The translations under genes and the position numbers were made by a program. DNA of 64,000 nucleotides from NCBI RefSeq assembly GCF_009914755.1, contig NC_060930.1. One strand, written 5' to 3'. The first letter of the stretch is position 1. The number at the start of each line of letters is the position of its first letter. Origin of the DNA: the human T2T-CHM13v2.0 reference genome, Homo sapiens. The notes beneath the pieces are model-generated. The model had not been told where the DNA came from. It saw only the letters and a list, made by a program, of their open reading frames with translations, and made no database searches. Below, piece by piece: positions 28,891 to 43,689 of this stretch.

Positions 28891-29571
28891 TATAAACAAC
28901 AACAACAAAAAAATTCTAAGCCTCCCAGTGGCTAAATAGACCCCCTCTTGGCCAAGGTAGACCACAAAGAAACCTTATAAACTGAGTTCCCAGTCATGAT
29001 GGGAAATGAGGTCAGACACATCTCATTATATGCTCTACCTTTTGGAGTTTAGGCATAACAACTGATCATCATTAATGTTAAAATAGAGATCATAAAACTG
29101 ACAAAACAGGAAATTTGTGACAACAAGCTACCAAATTATAAATAAGTCGTAAGGCCAGGCAAGGGTAGGGTTAAAATCTTGCCTGCAGGCCACAAATCTT
29201 GTTACATAACATCCTTATCTTGACTTAAAACATTCCTTTCTGCTGACACCAAGTTTTAGACAGAATCTTATTCCTTTAACCAATAGCAAATTAAAGAATC
29301 TCTGAATCCACCTATAACCTGTAGGCCCCTGCTTCAAGGTATCTTGCCTTTTCAGGGCAAACCAATACATACCTCATCCATGCATTGATCTAGGTCTTCG
29401 TCTGTAATTCCTGCCTCCCTGAAATGTACAAAACCAAACTTTTATCCAACTGCCTCGGGCAGACTTTCTCAGGGCTCCTTCAGACTCTTGTTTTTCTGAG
29501 CTGTGGTCATCACACTGGCTTAGAATAAACCTCTTTAAAATATTTTACAAAGTTTGGTTTTTCCATTAACA
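28891..29571 (+). mobile_element. MER4-family ERV1 solo LTR
   Basis: tataaac...aaattctaagcc start; aataaacctctttaaaatattttacaaagtttgg...taaca end; TSD gtgg/gggg. Confidence 0.8.
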
Positions 29572-29575
29572 GGGG

Positions 29576-29889
29576 TGACATGGTTTGGCTGAGCCCCAAC
29601 CCAAATCTTATCTTGAATTGTAATCCCCATATTCCCCACGTGTCATGGGACAGAAGGTTTCCCCCATGCTTTTGTGATAGTGAATTTTCATGAGATCTGA
29701 TAATTTTATAAGCCTCTGGCATTTCCCCTGCTTGCACTTACTCTCTCTCCTGCCACCCAATCTGCCATGATTGTAATTTTCCTGAGGCCTCCCCAGCCAT
29801 GCAGAACTGTGTGTCAATTAGACCTCTTTCCTTTATAAATTACCCAGTCTTGGTATTTCTCTATAGCAGCGTGAGAACAAACTAATACA
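29576..29889 (+). mobile_element. THE1 MaLR solo LTR (internally deleted)
   Basis: tgacatggtttggctg...ctaataca; perfect TSD agggg/agggg. Confidence 0.9.
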
Positions 29890-30599
29890 AGGGGTAGCCC
29901 AGATCCTCTTCTCCAGATGTGTTCATTTCTAATAACCATGCCTTTATCAGGCCACGGCTGCTGTATTTGTCCATTCTCTATCATAATTGGGCAGAGAAGT
30001 TCTAAGAGGCATGACAGTGAATCACTTAAATGACAAACATTTTCTTACTTGCCTCTACTGCATAGCAGAAACCCTCCCTCCTCCTAAACGACAGAGTAAT
30101 TATACCTGTGAGAACAGTACCTCAGTTCCTTGCTTCCTGGTAGTCTCTGCACAAGGAATCCAAGGTGACCAAGTTGTGGCAACAGGTTAGAATTTAATGG
30201 GATATTTTCTATGTTCTCTGGTCATCCGAACTAGGACATCTAAACCTGCAAAGGCTAGAATTGTAGGTGAGAAGAGCACACATTCACCAAGTACTTCATT
30301 GAGATTGACAGTAAACAAAGCCATCCAACTTCCTTCCCTTGGTTTCCAGACCCAGACACAAGTGTTCTACATACTGGGACACAGACCATAAAATGGTTGT
30401 TGATTTGGTGTGCATACTACATCCTGAAGGATGATGCCCCATCCTTGCAGGGTATAATCTCCAAGCTGGCACCTCAGCTGTGCCGTCAGAGGCTTTTCCA
30501 TCACTCTGTCAGGCTGACAATTTACTGGAGGTACAGTATGTGATAGGACCAGTCAGGTATCCACAACTTCACTCCATTTGCTCTAAAGTGTGTTCTTTA

Positions 30600-30777
<178 letters not shown>

Positions 30778-32344
30778 TTTATTTATGCACTCTCTAAACC
30801 TGGAATACTGGTGCTAACTGAGGTCCTAAATACAGGAAAGAGTTCAAAGTAATCAAGTTAACCCTAAGTAACTAGTTGATTTCCCAAAAGTATGGTTTCA
30901 TACTGGGGGCTCACCACTGGTTTCCATTGCTGGTAAATTGGACATTTGGCAGCAGCTAAAGCTAAATCACCCTTGGTGAAAGGAAGCACAGGACATAAGC
31001 CTCATTCATAGCCTTCATTCCTGCCACCACGGCCACACATTTCATAAGCCTGTTGTGCCAGCACTGAGGTTAATTACAGAGGCTGGTTGATGTCAATTGG
31101 CTGAATCATTTTTTAACATTCATTTGGTAGTGCTTATTCTCATGTGGGCACTCTCTGAAAGGCTTTAGTATGTTATAGAAAATACTTTGGGTCCACTCCC
31201 AGAGCCCTCCATGTGTCCCTTCCTCTGACCTGTCTGTCCCTCATTTCCAAATCTTTCTCCTTCCAGACAAGTTATCCTCAAATTGCCATTGGTCCATATA
31301 TTCTAATCTTGGGCAATTTATTTATTTATTTATTTATTTATGCAAAGGAAATGACCAGGTGTACCATCCAAATATGTGCCTGTTGGGAATATTTTCCTTC
31401 ACTGATGTCTTTTTGGCCCTCCCCCGAGTAGAGCTATACTGTAGCTGTTGTTAATTTTCAGTATACAGACCTATATTATGTGAATGTATACTTTAAAAGG
31501 CTCACTTCTTTCTGTCATTTGATCTTAAGAGACCTCCCATGTGGTGATAGAAGTTAGCCAAGAGAGGTGGGTGCCAGTGTGACAATAGTAGGGACATGGG
31601 ATTCTGGGCCAGCTACTCATGCAACTTACTTGTGCCTTTGGGCCCTATTCATGCTGAACATAAATGCAGCATTTCCATTCTGCAAGGTATGGCTGCTGGG
31701 CTAGCCTGACCTTACAATTTGGTGGGTCTGACAATATCCAGCTCATGATGGGCAGTTCTGGCAACATACACACTTGATGTCCCATGGCTAAGTGTTCATC
31801 TTAGGGTACAGAAGAAAACCAGGGACTCTTTTTGCACGGTATATCATTCTTTTCTATAGATGACATGGCCTTGCTTCGGAAACACCACTTTCTGAATACT
31901 TGTTAGATATTTACATTGTAATTCTTTTGCTGGGACTTTGTATAACTTTTATATGGCATCTTTTCCCATCATGGATGCAGCTAAAATCATAGATGCTGCT
32001 GTTTCTGTCATATGGACCAATTTGCAAGGGTGCTCACACTCTTGCCTGGATCTACCACCAAGAACTTTCCTGGTTTGGGACCCATCCACAGCTGGCAGCC
32101 TGTAATGTCATTTGGTAACAGGACTAGGAAAAAAATTCCCACATAAAGAAAATGCTGCTTCCAGAACCCAAAGAGGTCTACCAGGCATTGTGATTCCTTC
32201 TTATTGGTGATAAATGCAAGATGGCATAATTTTTTTTTCCTTTGAAAGTGACATCTCAGAATCTCCCAGACTACTGAACTCCTAAAAACTTCTTTGGTGT
32301 GGCAGCCCCCTGATTCTCCATAGGAGGTGAGTCCTGAGTCCATG

Positions 32345-33662
32345 TCCTCTTATTTGTACTCATTTTAGTCAACCTATCCACATTATCTAACAATCACTTC
32401 CCTTCTTGAAAACATTTTTCACTTGTTGTCTGTGAAACTCTTCCCTAGTCTCCTAGTTACTGTTCATTCCTTACCACTCTCATTTGTCTACTCCTCCTCA
32501 TATACCTGACCTCTAATCATTGCAAAGACCAGGGCTCTTCTCTCAAAACTCTTTTCTATCTCTTCTTTATTCCCAGATGATCTCCAAATGCAAGAATTTA
32601 AACATCATCACTAATCTGTTAATTCACACATTAAAAAAAATTTTTTTTGGCAATTCTCCCCTAAATTTCAACCTTAAACATCCAATTGCCTATTCAATAT
32701 TTCCATCTGAATATTTAAAAGACACCTCAAATTCTAAATATTCAAAACACAACTCTTAATTCCTTTCCTCTCTGTTTCCACCTTCTCGGGGGGAAAAAAC
32801 CTCTCCTTTTCCGTAAGTCTATCCCATCTGCACAAAAAGCATCTTTTTTTTCCAGTTGCTGAAAAATCTTTGAGTTATCCTTGAACCCTCTTTTCTTTCA
32901 CATTCCACATCTAATCCATTACAAATTTATTTCAATTCTTACTTTGAATCCTATCTGATATATGAATCTGTTTCCCCACATTGACCATTAACATCCTGGC
33001 CAAATCACCATCACTTCTTGTCTGGATTGTTGTAAAACTTCCTAATTGATCGCATCTCTTTCTTTCCCTTTGCAGTCCATTACGCATGCCAAAGCCAGAG
33101 TGAGCCTTTTACAATATGAGCCAGATCATGTTCCTTTTCAGATCAATTCTTAAATGGTTTTTTTTGTATTTGGATCAGGCCTTACGTGACTTGGTGTCTT
33201 ACTGTTTCTCTGAGCTCATCTCCAAACACTCCCCTCCTCATTCACTCTGCTCTAGCTGTGGAATTTTTTGCACACGGCAAGTCCGCTTCCACTGAAGGCT
33301 CTTTACAGCTGCTGCAGCTCTGTCTGAAATGTTTTCCCTTAAAACTTTTGAAGCCTTTTTAAATGTTCATTTATAAGACCTGCCTTTCCCAGCCCCTTAT
33401 GTAAAATAACACTCCATCACTTTTTATCTTCCTTATCCTAATTTATTTCTCTTGCTAATGTTTATTGCCACTTACGTACATTTATTTATTTTCCTCCTTC
33501 CTTTGTTTCTTATTTCTTATTTGTTTTTTGTTTCTCACTTCTAGAATGTAAAATCTATAAAAGAACAGATTTTGTGTATTCTGTTTACTATAGAATTATT
33601 GTGCCAAAACCAGTACCTAGCATATAAGAAGTTAATACACATTTGTTGAATACATGAATAAA
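32345..33662 (+). mobile_element. L2 3' region
   Basis: cacttcccttcttgaaaac...gccagagtgagcctttt...catttgttgaatacatgaataaa. Confidence 0.8.
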
Positions 33663-34269
33663 AATTATTCTGTGATTCTTAAAATAGTGAACTAAACTTA
33701 AACTTTCTATCAGGCATAGAAATAAAATGTTCAAAATTTTATGTAGGTATATTTTTATTGTTATGTCTTTTTATTTTAGAGTACTTTACATATTTGGATT
33801 TTATTATTTCTTATATTTTAAGTATCAAGAAAAGAATTAGATAAGGGCATTAAGTATTATGCCTCACAGATTGTTTGTTTGTTTTGCTATGTAATCCTCT
33901 ATGTATGTAGCAAATAAATACGATATCAAACTTGTACCTAATTATGACAAGAAGCTTTTCTAAATAACTGGGATTTTGGACTAGGGAATTTCGTCATTGC
34001 TGATATTTTCAAAACACATTTCCCACAGAACAAGTAGGTATGTATAATATATTTGCAAGGATCACCTATACTACTTAACTGGTGCTTCCCTGGACTAGGG
34101 AGAGAACAAAGGAAAACAGTAAAGAAACTGATAAAGTGTTAGCTTTCTTTTTAGTAGAAGAAAAGATGGAGAAAATAATGAACTATACATATGTCTTAAT
34201 TAAAATTAAGAAAGCAGAAATATAGATGAGAAGTAAAAATAAAGAATAACAGATTCATTAAAAATCATT

Positions 34270-34500
34270 AAGCTTGGAACACTAAGCTCTTACTATGTGG
34301 CACAAACTTGTGAAATGGTTTACATAGTATTTTCTTATTTAATCCTCATGATACCTCCATGAGCTAGATTCTGTTACCCTCTCCCATTTCGAAGATGGGT
34401 TCTCTAAGAGAAGACAGTGACTAAACCAAGGACAGATAAATGTTGAAGTCAGGATTACAAACTAGGTTTTCTGACTCCAGAATCATGTTTTTTACTGCTG
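34270..34500 (-). mobile_element. MIR SINE
   Basis: cttactatgtggcac...tttaatcctcatga...tctgactccaga. Confidence 0.7.
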
Positions 34501-34759
34501 AGCTAGAGTTTACAGCATAATTCTGACAGAAGACTGCAAGCAGCAGTTGTCATCTACTAAATATCATGTTACCTCGAAGATCCGAGGTAACCTATTTATC
34601 CTTAATTGTTCATTCTCTAGCTAAGGTCTTACTAGTGAAGTTAGGTCCTTACCTGTGATCTAACTGCAGCACTGCTTTGAAATTAATGATAAAGGACACC
34701 ACCCTTGATTTTAAAGAAAAGAGAGCTGGAAGTTATTTTATTTTCAATACTCTGTAACA

Positions 34760-35108
34760 CAGTAGTCCCTCCGTATCTGTGGGGGACTGGTTCCAGGACC
34801 CTCCTTCTCCCACAGTTACCCAAATTCAGAGATGCTCAAGTCCGTCATATAAAATGGTGTAATATTTACATATAATCTATGCACATCCTCTCATATTCTT
34901 TAAGTCATCTCTAGATTATTCCAAATGCCTAATAGGATGTAAATGCTATGCAAATAGCTGTTATACTGGGTTACTTAGAGAATAATTACAAGGAAAAAAG
35001 TCTGTACATGTTCAGTCCAGACATAACCATCCTTTTTTCTGAATATTTCTTGATCTGTGGTTGGTTGAATCCACAGATGTGGAACCTACAAATATAGAGG
35101 CTTGAATG
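34760..35108. mobile_element. MER2 (Tigger-derived MITE)
   Basis: cagtagtccctccgtatctgtgggggactggttccaggaccc...gttgaatccacagatgtggaacc; degraded TIRs. Confidence 0.85.
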
Positions 35109-36024
35109 TGTGTTTAAAACTGTTGTTATTCTAGCTAATGATGTAGTAAAATAGTTTTAAACAAATGCTTGTGCGAAAGTCCAGAATGTTACAGCTCAGA
35201 CTGGTTAAGGGAACTATTCAGACTGAAGAGAAAAACAGCCAAATCCTGAAGTCAGAAACAGGTGGATAATGAAGCACCACTGTAATCTGTTCTTACATTT
35301 CCATTTAGGCATTTATTTTTTAACTTGGGCAGGGAAGATGAGACAGAATTCAAAAAGCACTTGGAGAGTTTCTTCAATGAGCAAAGAGTAGCACTGAATG
35401 CTTTGGGTAATACAAGGAGGTAAGATTTGATACTTGGCCCTCAGATATCTTATTCCATAATGTTAACCTTTGACCAATCTAACCTTACAAACATACACAG
35501 ATTTGAGCAGTCACCTTAAAAAAGAAAGTATGTTGTGTGGCACAGGCAGCTCCAATCATTTACTCTGACATGTCTTGATGTATAGCATAGACATTTTTTT
35601 GTTGTTCTTAGTTTAATAGTTTCAGGCATAAAGCATTAGCCACATGAGGTCACTGTTGTTCATGCATGAATTATAACTATACTATAGTTATAAGCATAAA
35701 TCTTGATTCTCCTGGTTGAGTTGTCTTACGATCCATGCGATGAATATGTAACATGTATGTGGAGGAGTGGAGACAAGGTATTCCATCGGGCATACTTGAG
35801 GAATTAAGAATTCATTTAACCTAGATACACTCCTTTAACATTTTAGGATGTATTTTATGGCTAAATCAGCAATTGCTTTTAATAAATCCAGAATTAAAAT
35901 TTTTAAACTATTTCAATTACAGGAAAAAAAAATCTAATAATGTATACAAAAGATAACTTTGTCCTTAGAGTAATTCTGAAATTATCCACATGTGAGACTG
36001 AATCATTCAGGCTTCACTGGTGGT

Positions 36025-36164
36025 TTAATTTAATTTAATCTATATTTTTGGGGAGACAGGGGGCTTCCTATGTTTCCAGGCTGGACTTGAACTCTTGGGC
36101 TCAAGTGATCCTCATGCCTCAGTCTCTCAAGTAGCTGTGACTACATTTGCCTACACTGCATCTG
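36025..36164 (-). mobile_element. FLAM Alu monomer
   Basis: Single antisense arm; TSD-like ttcactggtg on both flanks. Confidence 0.75.
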
Positions 36165-36476
36165 GGGTTTCACTGGTGATGCTAAGAAGCATGCTAAGTT
36201 TCATAGTCTTATATCTAGTCAATTATCATGGAATATCTTTAGCAATATAAGAAATAAATTATTTACATTTAGATAGCTTTGTTTTAAATCCATGGGGTCA
36301 GGACACTGTGGAAAAATAAGAGTTGCTGGCATAAACTGCTACTTCTCACAGCCAGAGGTCCCTTTTGAATTAAGGCACTTCGGAGTTATTAAATTAAACA
36401 ATGGACAAATAAATACTAGGCTTTCCAAACAATGGAATATCCTGGATATAGTGTTTATGAACCAGAGGACATTATA

Positions 36477-36478
<2 letters not shown>

Positions 36479-36518
<40 letters not shown>

Positions 36519-36588
36519 TGTCTGTCTGTCGGTCTGTCTGTGTGTCTGTGTCTGTCTGTCTGTCGGTCTGTCTGTCTGTGTGTGTGTA
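36479..36588. repeat. (TG)n-(TCTG)n compound microsatellite
   Basis: Direct reading; explains the VC/TH-repeat ORFs. Confidence 0.95.
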
Positions 36589-36599
36589 TGGTCTTGTCT

Positions 36600-37060
36600 T
36601 GTGCTCCCACCGTGCCACCAAAACTGGTTTCGTCAAAGTCACTAACAACCTCTATATTAAGTCCAATGGACACTGCTTGGTCTTCTTTTTACTGGATCTC
36701 TCAATAACATTGAATAGAACTGACCACTCCCTTTTTCTTGAAATTTTCTCTTCTTCTGCCTTCTATAAGGCCATCCTCTTCTATTTTTTTTTTTAATTTC
36801 AAGCTTTTTAAGCTGTTTCTCTTAGATACTCAACCCCTAAATATTGGCATTCCTTAGTTCTCTCTTGAACCCAGTCTTCATCTCTATCCCCCCAAGTGAC
36901 CTTATTCATTTTTATTTTTAAAAATACCATCTGTATGCTGATGACTACCTAATTTATATCGGCAGCCCCAGTTCCTTTTCAGCTCCAGACTAGCATGTCC
37001 AAACTGCCTAGTTAACACTTCCATATGAGTGTCACCCAGACATTGCACCTCAGCACCTAG
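36600..37060 (+). mobile_element. L2 fragment
   Basis: caaagtcactaacaacctc...tgaccactccctttttcttgaa...accatctgtatgctgatgact. Confidence 0.75.
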
Positions 37061-39469
37061 TACATTCCTGACAAATGGTAGAAGTTTAATGGATCTTTCT
37101 TGAGTGGATGAGTTTGCAGGTGTGCATGTACATCATGTCTGTACCAGCTCCTATATGATTTATTTGTATTGAGGTCACACTGGATCACTTGTGTATTAAG
37201 ACTTTGAGAGGAAATATATGAAATAAAATTATAGCATATGTGGAAGAAGATGTCCCTTATACTCTTTGCTATGTCAGTATTTCTTAAAGATATTTGGTAA
37301 ATCACATAAAACATGTTATTTTATCATACAACATATGGAAAGTCATAGGAAATGATTATTGAATTTTTTCCTACACTTAGTCACTATTTTACATTTCTGG
37401 CCAAATTTTCTAACATCTCTTTCCAACTCTGTTTTCTCAGCTGCCCTCTTAAGCTCTACTGGGAAAGTGTCTTTTATTCCATATACTTTCCAACATTAAT
37501 GAGAAAAGAATAAATATTGTGATAGCCTCAGTAAGATGATTGCATTCTTATCATAAATATTTCTATTGAATATTGGACATATAATTATTTTTAAGGATTT
37601 TTTAAACAACAAACTTGCCAACTTCATTTAGTGGAAACATGACAGATGGGATCTTCATGAAGGTTAGATTATCTAAAGAAAAAAAAATTTATGAATAAGA
37701 ATATCGTCCAACATTTTAATATTAGTATCTTCTGAGATAAAAGTGATAGCCATGTTAAATAGAATAATGAGACTAAAGGCTAGTGGTTCTTCAGAATGTT
37801 TTCAAAGTTAGAGAGGCTGCCCCCCTATTCATTTCTCTTTTTATGATTAGTAGGCTAATTAACTTTGAAAAGCTACTTTTGTTAAACCCTTATTAAGCTA
37901 AGATTATGTCTTCTGATTGTCTCTTCTATGGGACCAGAGATAAGTAATGAAAAAAATATACTAACTTCAGATTTTGTTAAAGTTTCTAACCTAGTGAGTT
38001 CATTCTGGCTGCTTAATTCCAAGGCTTACTTCAGTCACTGACTTTTCCACTTCTGGTTATTGTAAATTATGAAATGTTGAGATTCTTATCCCTTGCTAGT
38101 CCTCCATAAGGCTCGGTTCAAGCCTGTTTCTATTTATAAGCTCTAAACATTAAATTTTCATTGAATGGAACATATGTTTTTAATTTCAGGGCATTTGACT
38201 GCATATAAATACTTGGAAGACTGATTGACACTTCTTAAAGTTAAAAATTATATGAACACCATCTTTGACTACTATTTTGAGTTTCTTATAATGTTTAGAA
38301 TATTACTGAATATAGAGTGAACAATAACATGTAATAAATCTTTTTTGATTTGGAAAACAACTTATTCTTTTCCCCTTTTGGTAACAAATATACTCTTATG
38401 AAGAGCAACATTTTTCACCCATCCAACCAGTGTCATAAATGAGAGACTCAACATAGAACCTGAAATCACAAGGAACAGCCATCTTCATGGATATTTTTTT
38501 CATTAGTCTGAGAAATTATTGCTAAACTGTTGACAGCCAATTAAAAACATTATGAGATAGCAAACTTAGAGTCTTCAGAAACTATTGAGTATTAAGACTG
38601 GCGTATGTAAGTCTGTTTGTGTGCCTGTGTGTGCATGTATTTGTGTGTAGATGCTGGGTATGTAGGTCTGAAATTGCCTGTTTTGATACATATGCATGTC
38701 TATTCATTGCAGGTAGGAGAAATAAGCAAATGATTTTCCAACAGAGGTATTTTCTATCCCTATGATTTCTTTCATTATGTAGGTGGTATACATACACCAA
38801 TGTGAGAAAGTTTAGTGAATAAATGAATGAACAAATTCAAAACTGAGCTTCGAGGCATGGGTTGAACTCCAAGAGATGGAAATGAGGAGTAAGCAGAAGG
38901 ACCCCTGTGTGATAGTTGTGCTCTTGTTACCTCAGGGGCCTTGGTTTCTCCTCTTTAAAAGAGGAAACATGTAGGATTTGTGAGTATTTGTATCTACCGG
39001 GTATTTATAACCTTTTGGGTCTAAGACTTCTAAATATTGAGTGACCATATAATTTATCAAAAATGAAATCCTCTTGAGAGTTAAAGTGGGGCATTATTAA
39101 TAATTAACCTAGGATAATAGGCATGAAATAACTTTGCTTTGAATACACTGGGATTGATGGCCAAACTCCCATGATAATCTGATGAAAGCTATTAACACTA
39201 CGTTTGAAGCCCTTGATAATTATCTGTCTATTATTTTGAGGGGTCCTTCTCCTCCAGAACTTGACTATTCAAATTACAAACTATTCCTTTCTTTGCGGCT
39301 TTGAAATCAAGCACACAGGTCCTTTGAATTCCACAGATTTTCTTGTTGATTATACAGGGTATACAAAAGTCACACAGCTAATTAAGGTAACAAATGAAGC
39401 CCAGTCTCTTGTTCTAAGAGGCTGGATATTCAAGGTGCCTTCTACACCCTTGATTTTTAGCCCAGTAAG

Positions 39470-39655
39470 CATGGACTTTAGAATCACACAGACATTAATT
39501 CAAAGTCTAGTTTATCACGTACCGTGTGCCTTTGGGCAAATTATTACTCTCTTTAAGTCTCAGTTACTCCATCTATAATACAGTGGTATTGAGATGATTA
39601 AATTAGATGGGAGTTGTTTAGTGCTTAGGATAATGCTGAACAAATAATATATGTC
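39470..39655 (+). mobile_element. MIR SINE
   Basis: ctttgggcaaattattactctctttaagtctcagttactccatctataa. Confidence 0.7.
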
Positions 39656-39719
39656 CATGCGCAGCAATGTTTTATATAATTAATCTCATTAGTTTCCAGC
39701 TATTCTCTAACTCATGGCA

Positions 39720-40790
39720 GCAAAAAACAGGAAATAAAATCTCCAGCCCTGACTTTTTCCCTGCTATCTATACACATATATATCAAGCTCCTTATTTGAT
39801 ATCTAAACTTGGTTGTCTAAAAGACACTACCAACTTATGGAAACAAACAGACCATTTGTAGAAGATAAAGCACAACTTGCTCCTCCAAAAATCTTCCCCA
39901 TTTCTGGAAAGTGTACCCCTGATGACTCAGGTGATCAGGATAAAAACCTAGGAGTTATTCTTAATCCCTAGAATTGTTACCCTACTCACTTTCTATATGC
40001 CATTTGTAAATAAGTCCTGTTGGCTCTAGCTCCCTGGACTTCTCAAATCTGACCATTCCTTCTCTATAAGGACAGCTCTAAACAAACAATTATTTCATGT
40101 CTGAACCACTACAATTGAGCCTTATCTACTTTCTCTGCAATCCTTTAAGTCAAAACAGCTAAAGACAATTTAAAAACTTGATTGATTCAGATCGCGTTCA
40201 TTCCTAACTTTGAATATTCCAATATGTTTTTCTTACTGCTTTTTCAATAGAGTCTTTTTTGTTTGTTTAGTCACAGGCTACAAGGTCATCTTACACTATC
40301 TAGGTCCTGCCTACCTCAGTGGGCTCATTGTCTCCAGCTTCGAGGTTTCTTTTACTACCTTCTGGTCACTCTGGCTGTCTTTCTGCCCTTTGGATTTGGT
40401 AACTGTGTCCTCTCTGGACCTCTGAACTCTCTATTTCCTCTATTTGAGTCATTTTCTTACTGGATCCCTCATGATTACCACCATCACATTTTAAGGTCCA
40501 GATGAACTTTAATTTTCTTTGAGAGGCGTTCTGTAAACATCCTACAAAAAGGACTACCTCATCCTTTGTAAAACATTTTTATTAAGTGTTTTCCTATCAC
40601 TATCAGCTACTTGCCTGGGTAGATGTAATATATGCATTTACAGTATTCACAATCAATGATTAGTTTATTGTTTGCTTTCCCCAGTAGAAAATAGACCCCA
40701 TAAAAGCAGGGTTTATTCACTACTCTATTCCCAGCATCCAGAATCTTATTAGTACATAGTGGATGCTCCAAATATAGACACTGTGTACAC
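39720..40790 (+). mobile_element. L2 3' region
   Basis: aaaacctaggagttattctt...ttcactactctattcccagcatccagaatc. Confidence 0.7.
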
Positions 40791-41105
40791 GATGTTTTGC
40801 CCTCCATTCTGTTTCCTAAGCTTTACTGGTTATCTTCATATGCATGCATTCACCAAGGCTATGAAAATAAAATACAAGCCCCCACCTACAACTTTGCAGA
40901 CCAAAGGATAATGCTGAAGGAATAAGCAACTGACTCAACATTGCTTAATGTTGATGCAGGCCAAATAAATAAGTGTCAATTGAGAAATAATACAATAAGT
41001 AAAGCAACTTAAAGCCAACATAATACCTTGATTACTTCTAAAGTTGATAATACTGGAGATTATATCTGAGGGAAAGTGAAATTCCTAAAACCAAATTAGG
41101 GAGTC

Positions 41106-41347
41106 TTTTTTTTTTTTTTCTTTTTCTTTGAGACAGGGTCTCATTCTGTCACCCATGCTGGAGTGCTGGAGTGCAGTGGCACAATTATAACTCACTGCAG
41201 CCTCCAACTCCTGGCCTCAAGTAATCCTCCTGTCTCAGGTTCCCAAGTAGCTGAAACTATAAGCATGCTCCACCATGACCAGGTAATTTTTTGTTTCAAT
41301 TTTTTTCTCTTTTTTGTAGAAATAGGGTCTTGCTATGTTGACCAGGT
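41106..41347 (-). mobile_element. 5'-truncated AluJ
   Basis: Poly-T, gagacagggtctcattctgtcaccc...; ends within the left arm. Confidence 0.85.
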
Positions 41348-43689
41348 TGGTGACAGTCTTAATTAGCAAGCCCCAGGCAGGGCTAATAATCACAGCCTCA
41401 TCATATAGAAGGATGTCTCTGTAAAACTAAGGACATGATGCAGGCATGGATGTTAGCTATTTAGACATAGTGAGGAATGGCTGAGCTACATAGGTCCAGG
41501 TTCTTCTTTTGAACTTACCACTCAGGTTAAGTCTATTCTTATCTCCTGCAGAGAAGTGAATGAGAGGGCGGAGATAGGTAGGCAGCAATGGTCTAATCAT
41601 GGAGTTTGCACTAATGGACAGAAACGTAAGAGTGGTGAGGAAATACCCCTCCAGCTTATGACTAACACTATAATTTTTTTAGAATGTATATAGTTGATTA
41701 AATTATGGTCATACATTACCTTTTCTCATTTTTAACTTTTGAAATAATTTTTTATTAATCCTGAAAGCCAAAGAAAAAGACCCTAGTATTGAATATTACA
41801 GATTCAGATGAAATGGCCATAACTATAAGGAAAATTGGTGATCTTTAAGAATAACTTCTTAAGATATGATCCTTGGTAATTATCATAATAAGACTAACAT
41901 TTGAAATGTATTTTAAGTCAACACTTTAATTCGGTAGGCACTTAGACGAAGCTGAAATGGAAAAATTACCCATTTTTATTGAAAAATGATTGCTTATTAT
42001 GACTAAATTTGGGAGCTCTGCATTATTTACCTACTGTGATAAACAGACATTAAAATGGTTATTGCTAAACGAAGGGCTTAGCTTCAATTTTCTCTACTCT
42101 AAACATAACAGAATATATTAAGCATGTAGAAATGTTTTGAACTCAGTGGGAAGTTATATTGATAGTACTAGTTTTTCAAGTTGAAAACAAAGTGGTTTTA
42201 TAATGTCTTTGGGATTTTATGTTACTTTAGTGTTCAAAGATTTTTACCAACCATAATTGAGATCATCACTTATGCAAAGCATCGTAGTGGGTGATCAATA
42301 AAGCAATCAGTACAATGTAAATTCTAGGGAGTAGATGGGGAGTTTGCTGAGACATGACTACCGTATGCTACCTCAGTTTTTTTCTTGGAAAGGAAGTGGT
42401 CCCATTATGCTGACCCTGCTGTTTCTTACCATTTTCTGTGTCCTACAGTTCCTTGTTGATACCTCCTGGACTTTATTTCTCTGTAAGATGATTTTTACTA
42501 GGTAAATCTTTCCATGTTATCACATCTATTTCTTTCTAGCCCTAGTTCAAGTCCATGTGTGGGTCTCATCAATGATTTCTGTGATCCTCATTAGGTTGAT
42601 CAGAAGCAAGCAGATTTTGAATAATCCTCTTTGAGCTTTCCTCCCCTACTGCCCTGAATTATTACAGGATGGTGAATTACCTCATTCTGGGAATCTGTGA
42701 TACTAATGCTTATCCTAATCTGATTTCTAATGTGAATAAAGTGGAAAACAAACATATCTACTTGCCAACCATGACCAATTGACTACGAAATTAAAGATGC
42801 TGGAATTTCTGCTGAACTCCACTGAATTAAGAGATTTTTACCAGATTGTGAAAAAAATCTAGAGAAAATGACTTGTTTAAGAGCACAATAAATCTAGTTA
42901 TTGGTATTCTAGGCTCTAGGGATGATCACACTGTTTAAAGTTAAGTAGATTAATGTAGCCACCACATTAACCCATTTGACTAAAAAAATGCATTAATTAT
43001 GAATTATTTCAGGAAAACAATTCCAGAAGTTAAAGTAAAAACAATAAGTGGTGTGTATGGTGGCCTCTCTAATGTAGGCTGCCCATCTTTCTGCATCTGG
43101 GTTTGGGCGTTGAAGCAGCAGAAGCATAAATAATGCAATGACCTCTAGCATGACTCAGAACCATAGACATAAGACCAGCATCTTTTGGTAGGGTGTATTC
43201 CACGAGAAAGGATCTCAGGTGCTTGGTGGGTTCAGAAAAATGACACTCATGTGTCTTCAGTCCACAGTCTGTGGTGGAGGCTGGTTTGAACCTAATCGTC
43301 TCCATGGACTGTGAGTAACATTGGAACAATCTTTGTAGGATATGTATCTACATTGATTTGCCTATAGCAAATACTGTGGTGAAGTGTGGTTAGTATGCTT
43401 GCAGGTAGGGGGATAAGTATCAGCTTGACGTGCTCTTGGGGAGAGTGTTTATTGAAGCCTTCATAGGTCAAAAAATTGTCCTCTGGCCTCTGACATTTTA
43501 GACACAAACTTGCATATGAACATCAAGTAAACTGAACTCAAAATTACCTGCTGATAGTAGTAATAGGCTAATAATTAGAATGCAAAGGATGAGAGGGTAA
43601 GAGAGAAAGTGGGGATTCACAAATTTTAAAGGGAAATATGTGTTATTCTTTGATGAATTTTATAATACCCAATGATACAATGCAAATGA

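Noticed and set aside
43070-43500. GC-richer segment considered as a processed pseudogene
   Set aside because: No recognisable protein similarity, poly-A tail or TSD
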